A stretch of 64,000 nucleotides of DNA from Podarcis filfolensis. Taxonomy: Eukaryota. Position 1 is the first letter of the stretch. Every line of letters starts with the position of its first letter. The DNA is taken from NCBI GenBank assembly GCA_964270895.1, contig OZ185440.1; one strand, written 5' to 3'. The position numbers and the translations under genes are program-made. Positions 38,777 through 49,595 of the stretch are shown in pieces. Below the pieces are notes generated by a model. The model was not told where the DNA came from. It did not search any database and saw only the letters and a list, made by a program, of their open reading frames with translations.

Positions 38777-41544
38777 CTGGAAGCAAAAGAGAGAGAAGAG
38801 ACATTGTGAGGAGAAAGCAATACATATAAATGTATAAGAGATAATCATGCTACAGTATAGATCTCTTTAGTTTTCAGCTCTTGCAGACAAAGTGTTAATA
38901 TTTTCCCTATCCAATCATATTTTATTTTAATATCTTATTTTAAAGCAGATGCTTTAACACTTACTTAGCGCTAACAGTGCATTAAGCATGAAACAGAATA
39001 GGGAAGGGACTCAGAGCTTGCCCAGAAAATTTACAGCAAGGGCTGCAAATGGCCATTGGCTTGCTCACCTATAACAAGTGATTAAGGATCCCTTCCTAAC
39101 AACTGGGAAGGAATACTTTACCAAAAGGAAAGTTACATTTTTCGCCTTTCAGGTGATGATGGGCATGTAAATTGCATTCATTCTGTACAATCCTGTCTGC
39201 CACACAGCAAATGACTCATGACACCTTTTCAATGACCAGAGCCTCTTAGGAGGCATATTCTGTCTAGTCTGCCTGTCCTTCCTGGGACTTGGTGTTTACA
39301 GAGTAATTCAACACCCACTGACTCCAGACTTGAGTCAGTGGGGGAGTTGGATTAGGTGGAGGGGTCTCTGAGCCCAGACAAGGCAGCTCCTGTTGGTGTG
39401 GCACTCTCCCTTCCAGCTACAGGATGTAGACTGTTATGTACTGAAGTTCTCACCCTGGGCCAGCAGGGGGATACTGTAGATAGTTATGCAAATAAGGGAT
39501 CGAAAGTGACATTCAGTGATTGGATAGTTTTAGAAAATTGTTACAGTTACGTTGTACTGGAGCTCTATATAAGCAGACTGGCAGAACCCTGCAGTTCAGT
39601 TCTGTTCTGGCCTGTGAATAAACAAGAGCTGTTTGAAGAATCACTGTGTCGTCTGATATGTTCACCCACAACTTAACATAGACCCTGAAGAAAGGTGCTC
39701 CAGAAGTGGGGAGGGAGAGGGGCTGAGTCAGCCCAGGCCCAGACATTTCAGCAATTTCCACCAGACACTTAAGGCTGAAACCCTAAGCAACAGCATCTGG
39801 CCTGATCATCCTGCCTCCCAACCTACTGATACTGCCAGAGAAGGTGGGTTAGGGCTGCTCCCTTAAATGTGAATGGACTCCTGGCAGTTATCTCATTCAT
39901 GACTTGCCCAACTCTGTTTGGCCAGATGCAGATCTAGTCTGGTTACTACAATTGTACAAAAGAGGTGGGATCAGAAAACCACTCTTGGTCCTCTTTGTGT
40001 ATTCTTAGAGAGAAATGGGCTGCTCCAGACAATTATGGGCAAGAGGTCATGAAATCAACACCAACAAATCAGAAATTGTTGAAGAGACTTTTGAAACCTG
40101 TTTTTTTATGAGCTGCTTAATAAATCTATCTTAGCCAAGAGTGAGCAAGGAATGCACTAGCCTTTGCTCCACTATGTTTTATATGTTACTATTTTATTGC
40201 TATAGTCTCTATAAAGATGCATACAGGTGTAGCTAAAAACAAGGGCCTGCTAGACAGATAGCTTGCCAAGCCTAGCTTCCCTTCATCTTCATGCCACATA
40301 TTCTTGCCTCCAGATATCCAAGCACCATTTTTTCCCAAAGAGAAGGGTGTGTGTGCTCTGTGATGTCACAAGTGCATCACCAAACAGTACTCTGCACCAT
40401 TCTTGGTGCTTCAAAGCAGCAAAACTGGTTTCCTTCCACCTCAGTCCTAAAGAGATAGTAGATATACAAAACAATGTGCTGTTTACGCACATTGTTTTTA
40501 ATGTATGATTAAATCTCCCTAATAAAATACTTTGGTTTTGTAACTGTATGTGTTCAGTGTCCCAGAGTGACTGCAGCAGCTATCAGCTCTGACAGCTGCT
40601 ACTGCAGAGAGCTTCCTTCCAACCCCCTCAGTGCTGGTCATAGGTGCCAACTCCCTGGGGCCCTGGGGCCCAAACACCCATCAAATTTTGATGCCGGAGC
40701 CATGCATGCTTCATGGCACCCATGGCCCCAGGCACCCACAGTTGTGGGGTCAAGTTGGCACTCCTAGTGCTGCTGCAGAGCTCCTCATCCACTCCATGAC
40801 AATGCTCAACTTCTTTTCCCAGCAGCAAAGAGGAAGAAGGAAGCCAGCCAGCCGGCAAAGAGCTAATATACATTAAAATACCATGCAAGAATTCCAGTCA
40901 CCTTGCACAGGCAGGCATAGGAATTTTGCACAGGTACCTAACAGCTAGTTTGTATCCAAGTTCATGCAAAGCCAGAACAGTGCTAACAAATTCCAGTTCA
41001 TCACTCTGACCGTTAGTCACACGGCCTTTGCCTTAAATTAGGTCATCTGCATCAACCAGACTAAAACAACAGCAACATGCAAAGTAAATGCCAAGGTGTC
41101 AAGCAGCGTTCACCTACCTGGTGCCCTACAGATGTTTAAGATGACAACACTCATCAGTCTCAGCCGGGGCTGATGGAAATTGCAGCCTAAAACATCTGGA
41201 GGGCATCAGGTGGGTGAATACTGGAGCAAAACAATAAATGGACAGCCATGCTTCCCCAAGAAAGGACTGTGGAATCAAACACTTTCTCGGGTTACTCTGC
41301 TTCCTGAGGCACTTCCAATATTTAGAGAGTTAAGTGCAATCCACAGTAATGTGTGGGTAATTGAATAGTGGAGTAGATTTCTTCTCCTTGCCTCAGTATC
41401 TAGGGATGATGGATTGGGATATTGATCCTTGTCCACAGTGAAAGGTTGGAACACAGCCATCTGAAGCTTTCCGTGCCTCGCCATTATATCACAACTAAAC
41501 ACAGCTGCATTTAGCACTATTCCTACTCCTCTCCTTGCCATTCA

Positions 41545-41870
41545 TTTATTTATTTAACAAATGTATAAACCACTTCACAGCCTGAAGCCATCAAAGCAGC
41601 ACGCAACAAGATAAAAAAAGAGATAAAATACAAAACTAAAGTAACCATTCTAAAACTAATTAAAACCTTTCCTACCAAAACCCAAAACCCAATAAAACCA
41701 TTTTTTACAGATGGAGAATTGATATTCCATAAATGACTGAGCCGCAACTCTAAGCTTCTGGCCGGAACAGCTGTTGGGCACAGGAGAACAGAACATCTCC
41801 AAATGGCAAAACAAAGCAATTCTTTTCAGCAGCATTTTAGCCCAAGTTAGCATGATGTCCCGTATACTGC
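41545..41870 (-). mobile_element. Degenerate L2-like LINE 3' end
   Basis: tttatttatttaacaaatgtataaaccacttcacagc...aagcagcacgcaacaag is an L2-type tail in reverse. Confidence 0.5.
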
Positions 41871-43438
41871 CATTGCTTGTACATGGTGGGTTTTTGTTTT
41901 TGTTTTTTAAGTTTCAAAATACTAAGCAGATTTTGCACCTGGTGCCATGATACTATCCAAAACATCCTTACACTTTTCACCTCTTGATAGGCTAGTCATG
42001 TAAAATTACATTTGGCTCTGCACGGAGGTCCACTAACATGCTTTTCAGCTGACTACTGGCAGACGCCTTTTTAAATCTGGCAAAACACCCTCCCTATCTC
42101 TAGAGCCTGCAGAAGGGAAGAGGCTCTCAGCACAATGCAATATGAATGCCTCACTGGTTTCCAAATGGCTCCAGGGCTCAGCAGGACAGGGACAAGCCTG
42201 CTAACCCCAGCTTAGTGCTCAGGATGGAGGTTGTAGGCTCACATTGCCCACAAGGCTCAGTAAGATGGCACAGACCTGAGCACTTCCCCCAGCAGCAGAG
42301 AAGGAATGTTGGCAAGTACAAATTGTCGTTGGCTACCAAGGCCAGTTCAAGCTTTGTGGATCCCCAGTGCTGTGAATTATTTCTGCAGAGTGCTGTGCCT
42401 TGGGCTGCATGTTTCATTCATTTAATATGCTTGATACTGCCATTCTAAATTTGTTAGCTCTGTCCAATGTAACAGTGGGATAAAAATCCACAATTTATAA
42501 TTTATCTGAGTCCTGGAAATGTAATCCATTTACGCAGACTCTTACCTACAGTGAGCAGAGAAACCTTTACATTATGTTCTGTGTCTGCTGATAAGATTTT
42601 TCACAAACTTACAGTGCCACATTCAGACCTCAGGGCTATTTTTTAAAAATAAAATAATAAATGTATGTATGTATAATTTTGCCCACAATATTTATTTATT
42701 TTACAAGATTGCTTAACTCTGGAAAGGTCCCAGCTTATGTTATGTAAAAAGTACCTTTATAAACAGAATTGGTTTTGTTCCATTTAGCAATAAAGTTGGA
42801 AGACGCACTAGGAAAAACATGGGTTTATAAATAAATAGACAAAGGAGACAGTATAGTCTTAATGAACTCAATTAAGAGAAACCTCCCACCCATTAAGAGT
42901 TTGACTGGTTCTTCTGACCACAAACATTCCACCCTCCCAGAAGTCGCTTTCAGACACAAGGAACTGTAAGATACCATGACATTTTAAAGTAGCTTCTTTC
43001 TGGAGAAACTTTGGCAAGAAGCACAGACGTCTATGTTTTTATAAATGTTGGTTGATGTTTCTCTGTGAGTTAAGGTATGAAAACCTAACACTGCTCCAAG
43101 TTTCCCTTTCCTTTCCATAAATGTATGCTAAAGGGTATTTACTGATTACGGGATTCATGAGGAACAGGATTTAGTTGAAATTTCATTCCAGTTTCAAACC
43201 CTGGAGCTTAGAGTAGCATCTGAAGCAAGGGCAACAGGGATGAAACAAAATTTGAGGACTAAAACAAAGCAAAATGTAACTAGGGAGTGCCTGGGGGTGT
43301 ATTACTCAAGGAAAGTTGTTCCTGCAAAGAAATTAAGAGGTTTGGAGAAGCCAAACAGGATATGTAGAGCCAGTTCCATGTTAGTTCCCAGAACGCGCTT
43401 GTCTCCAGATTGGAAACAGCAGTACGCATAGTTCATTG

Positions 43439-43688
43439 AAGAAGAAGAAGAGGAGTTTGGACTTGATATCCTGCCTTTCACTCCCCTTAAGGAGTCTCAG
43501 AGCGGCTAACAATCTCCTTTCCCTTCCTCCCCCACAACAAACACTCTGTGAGGTGAGTGAGGCTGAGAGACTTCAGAGAAATGTGACTAGCCCAAGGTCA
43601 CCCAGCAGCTGCATGTGGAGGAGCGGGGAAGCGAACCCGGTTCACCAGATTACGAGACTACCGCTCTTAACCACTACACCACGCTGGC
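43439..43688 (-). mobile_element. Squam3-like tRNA/CORE SINE
   Basis: Reverse complement gccagcgtggtgtagtggttaagagcggtagtctcgtaatctggtgaaccgggttcgcttcc (A and B boxes); (ttc)n tail. Confidence 0.78.
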
Positions 43689-45954
43689 TTGAGAAGGCTG
43701 AGTATGCTTAACCAGGGTTTTGTTCAAGTTCTTGCATTTATTTATTTATAAATAAAAAAACATTTATTCAATAGAGCTTTGTCCACAGCCATAGTATCAC
43801 AGGATGATCACTCCAGTCCTCAATTCCACATCACTGTCATGTTGGCTCACCAAATATCCTCAATAGGAATCCAACTACCAATCTGGTTGGCTAAACATTT
43901 TCAATCAATATATCCCTTCCACAGACACCTCTGTGGTGATGATGGCATTAAAATACCCTGATTTTCTTCAATAAAACAGAGTAAGCTGCTATATAGCTAC
44001 ACTTTCTATAAGGAAGCCTTGCAACTTGCCAGCTTTGCCTCCAAACGTGACACAACCAAGGTCGTGCTAACACAGCACCACGCTTATTAATACATCATCA
44101 GCAAACAATAAATTTTCAAATACAACTAATGAATCACAATAAGCCAAGGGCACAACCAATAAGCGAAGGGCACAACCAAAAAGGCCCTTCTCCTTGTTGT
44201 CCCACTGGGTCTTGCTGAGTTCACTGAGTTACTCCTGGCTCAGTTCATACATAATACCAAGCTTAGTGTGGATGCATTAGTGTGGAGGTTACTGGAAAGG
44301 AGATCACGGCAGCAGTTGCACTCCTTCCTTGGTCGCCCAGCTGCCAAGCTGCCTGCAGCTAAGCCATGGTTTGGCTTGTCTGAACCTGGGGCTCCTGGTT
44401 TGTCTGATTCAGACAAACTGTGAGCAGTAAATTGAAGAATAATCCTTGGTTACAGCTCCTGATGTGTCTTGAGCAAGACAAACCAGGAGCTCAGGTTCAA
44501 ATGACATGCTACACTAAACCATTGCCTAGTCCTGGGTAGCATAACAAGAGGACTGGGGAAGGAGCACAGCAGCCATGACCTCACAGGTTCATGCTAAGCC
44601 ACAGTTTAGCTTAGCATTACATGCAAAGTGGGTCATTGTGAGCGCGTGTGGGTCATTGTGAGCGCGTGTGTCCAATGTAGTTCCCATGATTCTTAATTTT
44701 GTGTTACAAAAATCGAATTTGAAGGGGAAGAGGAATGCTAGAGGAGAGGGGTTTCCTATTTTTCCAATGGCTTTTCACCACTCAAAATAGCTCTCAAACT
44801 GTGGGGTGGAGAAAAGGAACCATGAGGAACTGCAGCTTTCCCCTGACGAGGTAAAATCAGAAGGATGGCAGTGATTATTTTGTGGGGGAAATGACAGCTC
44901 TCATCGTATGACAGCTTCCCTCTTCAAACTGTATCTTCAACAGCTGCATTTCGCAACAGCCGCAAGAAGAAACTCCGGCAAAAACACACACCACAGAATG
45001 ACATGGAACGTGTAGCTCCACCTTCCAAATTTTCAACAGCAGTTCCGCATGTTAATGGCAGAACAAGATCAAAGCTGGGAATGTGGCATATACACCAGGG
45101 CCAGAGTATATTCTTAGGCTTCTATAAATTGCTCGTATTCTCAAGGGAATTATATCACCTTTCCGAAAAAGTCATGGGTTCAATAATGCAACAAAGCCTT
45201 TTCTGTTTCTTTATTTTAGTAATGCAGTCTCCATAAGATCTAAATCTAACATGGATTGCAGAAAGCCTTTGACAAACGGGCAAATACCCTGCTTAGGTTT
45301 TTACTGTTCTGACGGCTTCAAGATAAGAATCCCATTTCTTTGCAAATACCAAACTAAATATTACTTCTTGGCTGAAATGATAAATCAATATGAGAAAGCA
45401 TTATTCTTTAAAGGCAGGTGCTGGCATCCCTTCAGAACAATACATTAGCAATGGAGGAAAAATGAAAGGAGAAGCCTCTTAAGACAATTTAAAAATACAC
45501 TGAGCAAAGATATATTCAGGTAAAAATAAAGGGAGAAGGGGGGAAGAGAAAGAAAATAGACTTATAATGGTTTGCAGTGTGGCAAGGGAGCATTAAATGT
45601 TTGTATTGATTCTTTAGCTTCATTTTTATAGATATGGATACATCCAGGCTGTCTCCCTTTTTTTCAGGATACATCATCAAATATACTGAGGCACGTGAGG
45701 GACCAACCATGTTAATTCCTCACAAGAATCTGATCATTAATGGGGTACCTGAAGGTGTGGAGGGCTAGCAGCTGGCTTCTTACAGTGAAGAATGGTTGAC
45801 ATCTTTACAATTATTAAAGACAGAAACCAAACTAGATCTAAAAAGGCTTTTAGATTAAGTTTTCATGCAGTTCTATGATTTTAACGAAAGTGTTTCAATA
45901 CACATCAGTGGTAAAAATCAAGTTTAGCAATAAATCAATCAGCTGTATAGCTTT

Positions 45955-46361
45955 TTTTAAAAAAGATATTTATTGGGATTTTACAAAAAACAAAAATTTA
46001 CAAAATGAAAAAACCAACAGAGAAAAGTAAAAAATAGGAAAGGAATACAAAAAATACAAAAATTCATAGAAGAATAAACAAGAAAAAGAAAAATACAAAA
46101 TACAGAAAACAAGTAGATAGGAAAAAATTAAAAAGCAAATCCATTTTTTGATATCTTTAAGTTCATTTGCTTGTTTCCTTGACCTCCTCGCACCTCCCCC
46201 TTTTGTATTCCCATTTACATAATCAATTCAGCAAATCCTTACCCTTTTTCATTTATCTTAACTCTATATCATAGCATATTATAACTCAATATTTTCGTCC
46301 ATTTGTCAGTTCATTTTTTACATATTCTTATTAACTTTTGTTGCTAATTACCACTTATTGC
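45955..46361 (-). mobile_element. 5'-truncated L1-type LINE (3' UTR with polyA signal and A tail)
   Basis: Perfect 19-bp TSD caatcagctgtatagcttt at 45936-45954 and 46362-46380; minus strand AATAAA (45969-45974) followed by an A run; T-rich UTR. Confidence 0.75.
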
Positions 46362-47594
46362 CAATCAGCTGTATAGCTTTTAGTGGATCTCTCCCCAAGG
46401 ATTCTGAGTCAGTGGAGGATACTTAAATCTATTGTTGCTACTTTTCGGTAGGAAGATATAGGCTATTAGTTGAGAATTCCCATTCTGATCAATTGTTTTC
46501 TACAAAAGGTCAAACCATTTATCTTAACACACACTGGGTAAGGGTCAGGCTTTAATGAAGCAATTTACTGCTGTTGGGTAAGGAATGATAATATATTCCA
46601 CATATCCCCCTTTTCTTGAATGGGTTTCCCATCGGATATTGTTATTGATTTCTTTTCCATGGATTTTGGAAACCTGCTTTCTGAACAATTTATTTGATGG
46701 GACTCCCCGCCCCCCATGCAGAGAGGGTATCTCTAGCATGTTTTGTTAGTTATTATAAAACGCTGGAAAAATAGAAATTAACATGGGGTGTGGGGGAAGA
46801 GAATGTAAAGGAAGAAACACATGCATGGAAAATATGTCAATATTAGTTATGAGGCAATGAACAAGAATGACAAGATTTTTGGTCTGGATGCATAGCAAGT
46901 CTGGATTAAAGGCTAGCATTCTACTATGGCTTCCCATCAGTGCAAGGATTTCTGCAACAGACTTTCCCATTCCCCTCCCCCATGTGCACCTCACATCCTC
47001 CCAAAATCTCCAGAGGGTTGTAGGATCCCCTAGATCAGATTTAGGGGGCATGAAGGACACGTGGGGAAATCTTATTCTGCAAATACAAATCCTTCTGCTG
47101 ACGGAACATTTCCCTTAGAACTATGTTGAATTCCACCCTGTAGGTTCCACTTTTTGCAAGTATACACATGAAATGAGCTGTACAGGTTAGATTCTTGCCA
47201 TTAGGACCTCCTCAGCACAATTCTGATGTTGCATGCTTCAGAAGCTACCTTCCAGGTATCATTTATAATCATTCTAGGACTATTTGCTGCAGAATAAAAC
47301 ACCCCTTTCTTGGTTCAATGTTGAATTCAGGCCTTCTTTTTTTACCTCGGCTGTAATGCATACAGCATAAACAGAGACGTCCCAGTGGGATTAGATCTGG
47401 TTTCAGTGGTTAGGAGTCAGCACAGAGAACTGTGACTCAGAAACCAGAGTCCCTATTCCTGGCTCTGACTTATTCTGCAACCTTCAATAATATACTTCCG
47501 TTATTTGCCCTTTTGTCTCTTTGAGCAATTTTCTTCCCTTTACAATCAACCACTTATTTGCAAAAGGTTACCATTCAGTTATTATTCTAGCAAT

Positions 47595-47806
47595 TACAGA
47601 TAGGTAGCCGTGTTGGTCTGCCATAGTCAAAACAAAATTTTTTTTTCCTTCCAGTAGCACCTTAAAGACCAACTAAGTTAGTTCTTGGTATGAGCTTTCG
47701 TGTGCATGCATGGTACCTGAAGAAGTGTGCATGCACACGAAAGCTCATACCAAGAACTAACTTAGTTGGTCTTTAAGGTGCTACTGGAAGGAAAAAAATT
47801 TTTTGT
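47595..47806. mobile_element. Penelope-like element terminal fragment with inverted (foldback) pseudo-LTR
   Basis: 13-bp TSD ttattctagcaat at 47582-47594 and 47807-47819; 71-bp perfect inverted repeat; hammerhead motif inside; terminus ggtagccgtgttggtctg. Confidence 0.85.
47711..47752 (+). ncRNA. Minimal type I hammerhead ribozyme motif
   Basis: UGGUAC-CUGAAGA-A-GUGUGCAUGCACAC-GAA-AGCU-C/AUACCA: stem I UGGUA/UACCA, core CUGANGA and GAAA, stem II GUGUG/CACAC, palindromic stem III AGCU, predicted cleavage after C47746. Confidence 0.8.
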
Positions 47807-48121
47807 TTATTCTAGCAATATTATCCGCTGTTAGATGCATTAGCAGTGGCTGGTGAACTTAAAAAAAACCCATGGTTCTATAGAAAGTATTTCACAGGAA
47901 CAACACATTGTGTTTAATTGATTGCATTTTGTGCTTAATTGATTTTATAGTAAACTTATGCATGCTTGCATCTGTGACATATAGCAGTAAGGAAAATAAA
48001 ACCTACAGTTGGTATGTGGGGCAAAAACTATTTGCATCCCTCTTCCTAAAATGCCCCCCATTGTGCTGAAGCCAGGATGGGGTGGGGGGTTCAGTCATGC
48101 CCTGACAAAAATGAATACAGA

Positions 48122-48946
48122 TGTCAGGGAATCAGGAGCAGGAGCACTGGGGAGAAAGGAATTGGAGAGCGAAGGGGAAGAATCCGAGGGAAGCGTAGGG
48201 GACTATGACAGTGGCCCGAGATATTCCATGAGCTTCTCCAGCGAATCAGAAGATTCCCAGAAGGGGGCTCCGATGGTCAGGGCAAGGGGGGTCCCAGGGG
48301 GGACGCACCAGAAACAAGGAGCCAGAGGGGAACCCCAAAGCAGCAGTGGAGGATCGGGACCAGTTTCCCCACCAGAGCGTAGTGGGGGGGAAGAGTCACA
48401 TGTGTCAGGGCTAGCGTCTCCTCCGGAGGGGAGGGAGAGTAAGTCAGGGCTGACCACGCCTCCATCGGAGAGTGGGGGAATGGAGGGGAGGTCAGTTGCA
48501 GCTAGCCCACCCGAAGGGGGAAGCAGTGACAGCAGCAGTGAAACGGTTAGGAGGAAAACGGCTGGCTGGGCGCGCGCGCCAAGTTCAAATGTACAGGCGC
48601 GCGGGACAGCAGGAGACCCGGATGGGGAACCAGCTCCTAAAGCCCGCCGGAGGGAGGGAGAAGGCTCAGGGGAATCAGCGTCAGAGGAGGCTAGGAAGGG
48701 CGAGACCCCGGCGGGCAGGCGGACCCAGAGGAGGAAGGAGCAGCGGAAAAGGTGGAGCAAGGCTAGGGTCTTAAATTGGTGTACAGGGGGAGGAGATTCA
48801 GAAGGGTCATCAGCGGTCTGACAGTTGAGACGTGGGGCTGCGCGCTGCGGCTCTGGAAGTGAAACTGAACTTCAATAAAGACTTTTGTATTTAATTAGAA
48901 AGCAGCGTTGGTCCTTTGTGAGCTGGGACCTTGGGCAGCCTTGACA
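48122..48946 (+). mobile_element. Solo LTR A (825 bp), probably Gypsy-type
   Basis: Starts tgtcagg and ends ccttgaca; perfect 5-bp TSD acaga (48117-48121, 48947-48951); AATAAA at 48874-48879; CpG-rich, so probably young. Confidence 0.9.
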
Positions 48947-49186
48947 ACAGATAACAACTTTTTCTAAAAAGGTTAAAAATATGCGCTCCATCTTGCTGTT
49001 CTAGCTTCAGGCTTTGCTGCACAAAGCCTCCGGAGGGCACGGGGATGAAGACTCCCTGTGCCCTGAGGAGGCTTCGCGCAAAGCTAGACCAGCTTGAGGG
49101 AACGCTGTGCAGCTGTTTTTGTTTCCCCATGCATTTGGAGAACACCAATGATTTATGTTGTTGAATTCTAAGTGTGTTAACATGCC

Positions 49187-49595
49187 TGTGATGGGATGAT
49201 GAGCTGCTTGTGTGTAAAGTTTCTAGTCCCTCAGGGTTTGGCTAAGTCCACAAACCCCTGTCTGTAACGGAGCTCCATCAGCATGGCTCCGTCAGTCGCT
49301 GGCAGAATCAGACAGTGGGCGTTTACGGAATTTCTTCCAGCATAAAAGCTCCTTAACGGAAACACGCCTTCTGGACTCTCTGCGTGACAGTTTCCGGCGA
49401 GGAGTGGGTGTCCCTATAGGAGGTCCTGAAACCTCCCCACTGTTCTCGCTGGAATTGTCTCTGAGCCATCCTTCCGACTCACTTTCCCTTGGAGCTCTTT
49501 CTCTCCCCCTGCTGGTTCCCTCCTCAGCTGATAAGTCTCTCCCAACCTCTGGGAGCCCTTGCACCTCCGGTTCTTCCGATGACAGTTCCCTGACA
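49187..49595 (-). mobile_element. Solo LTR B (409 bp), related architecture
   Basis: Minus strand starts tgtcagggaac and ends cccatcaca; perfect 5-bp TSD atgcc (49182-49186, 49596-49600). The first 10 nt match LTR A (tgtcagggaa). Confidence 0.85.

Noticed and set aside
48203-48760. 185-aa minus-strand ORF in LTR A
   Set aside because: It is the antisense shadow of a purine-rich strand (S/P/L-rich) with no counterpart motif in LTR B.
48122-49595. A single DIRS-like element with inverted terminal repeats and an internal complementary hairpin
   Set aside because: Each LTR has its own distinct perfect 5-bp TSD (acaga; atgcc), and they share only about 10 nt at the 5' end. There is no RT or tyrosine recombinase between them, and DIRS elements make no TSD. 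These are two independent solo LTRs.
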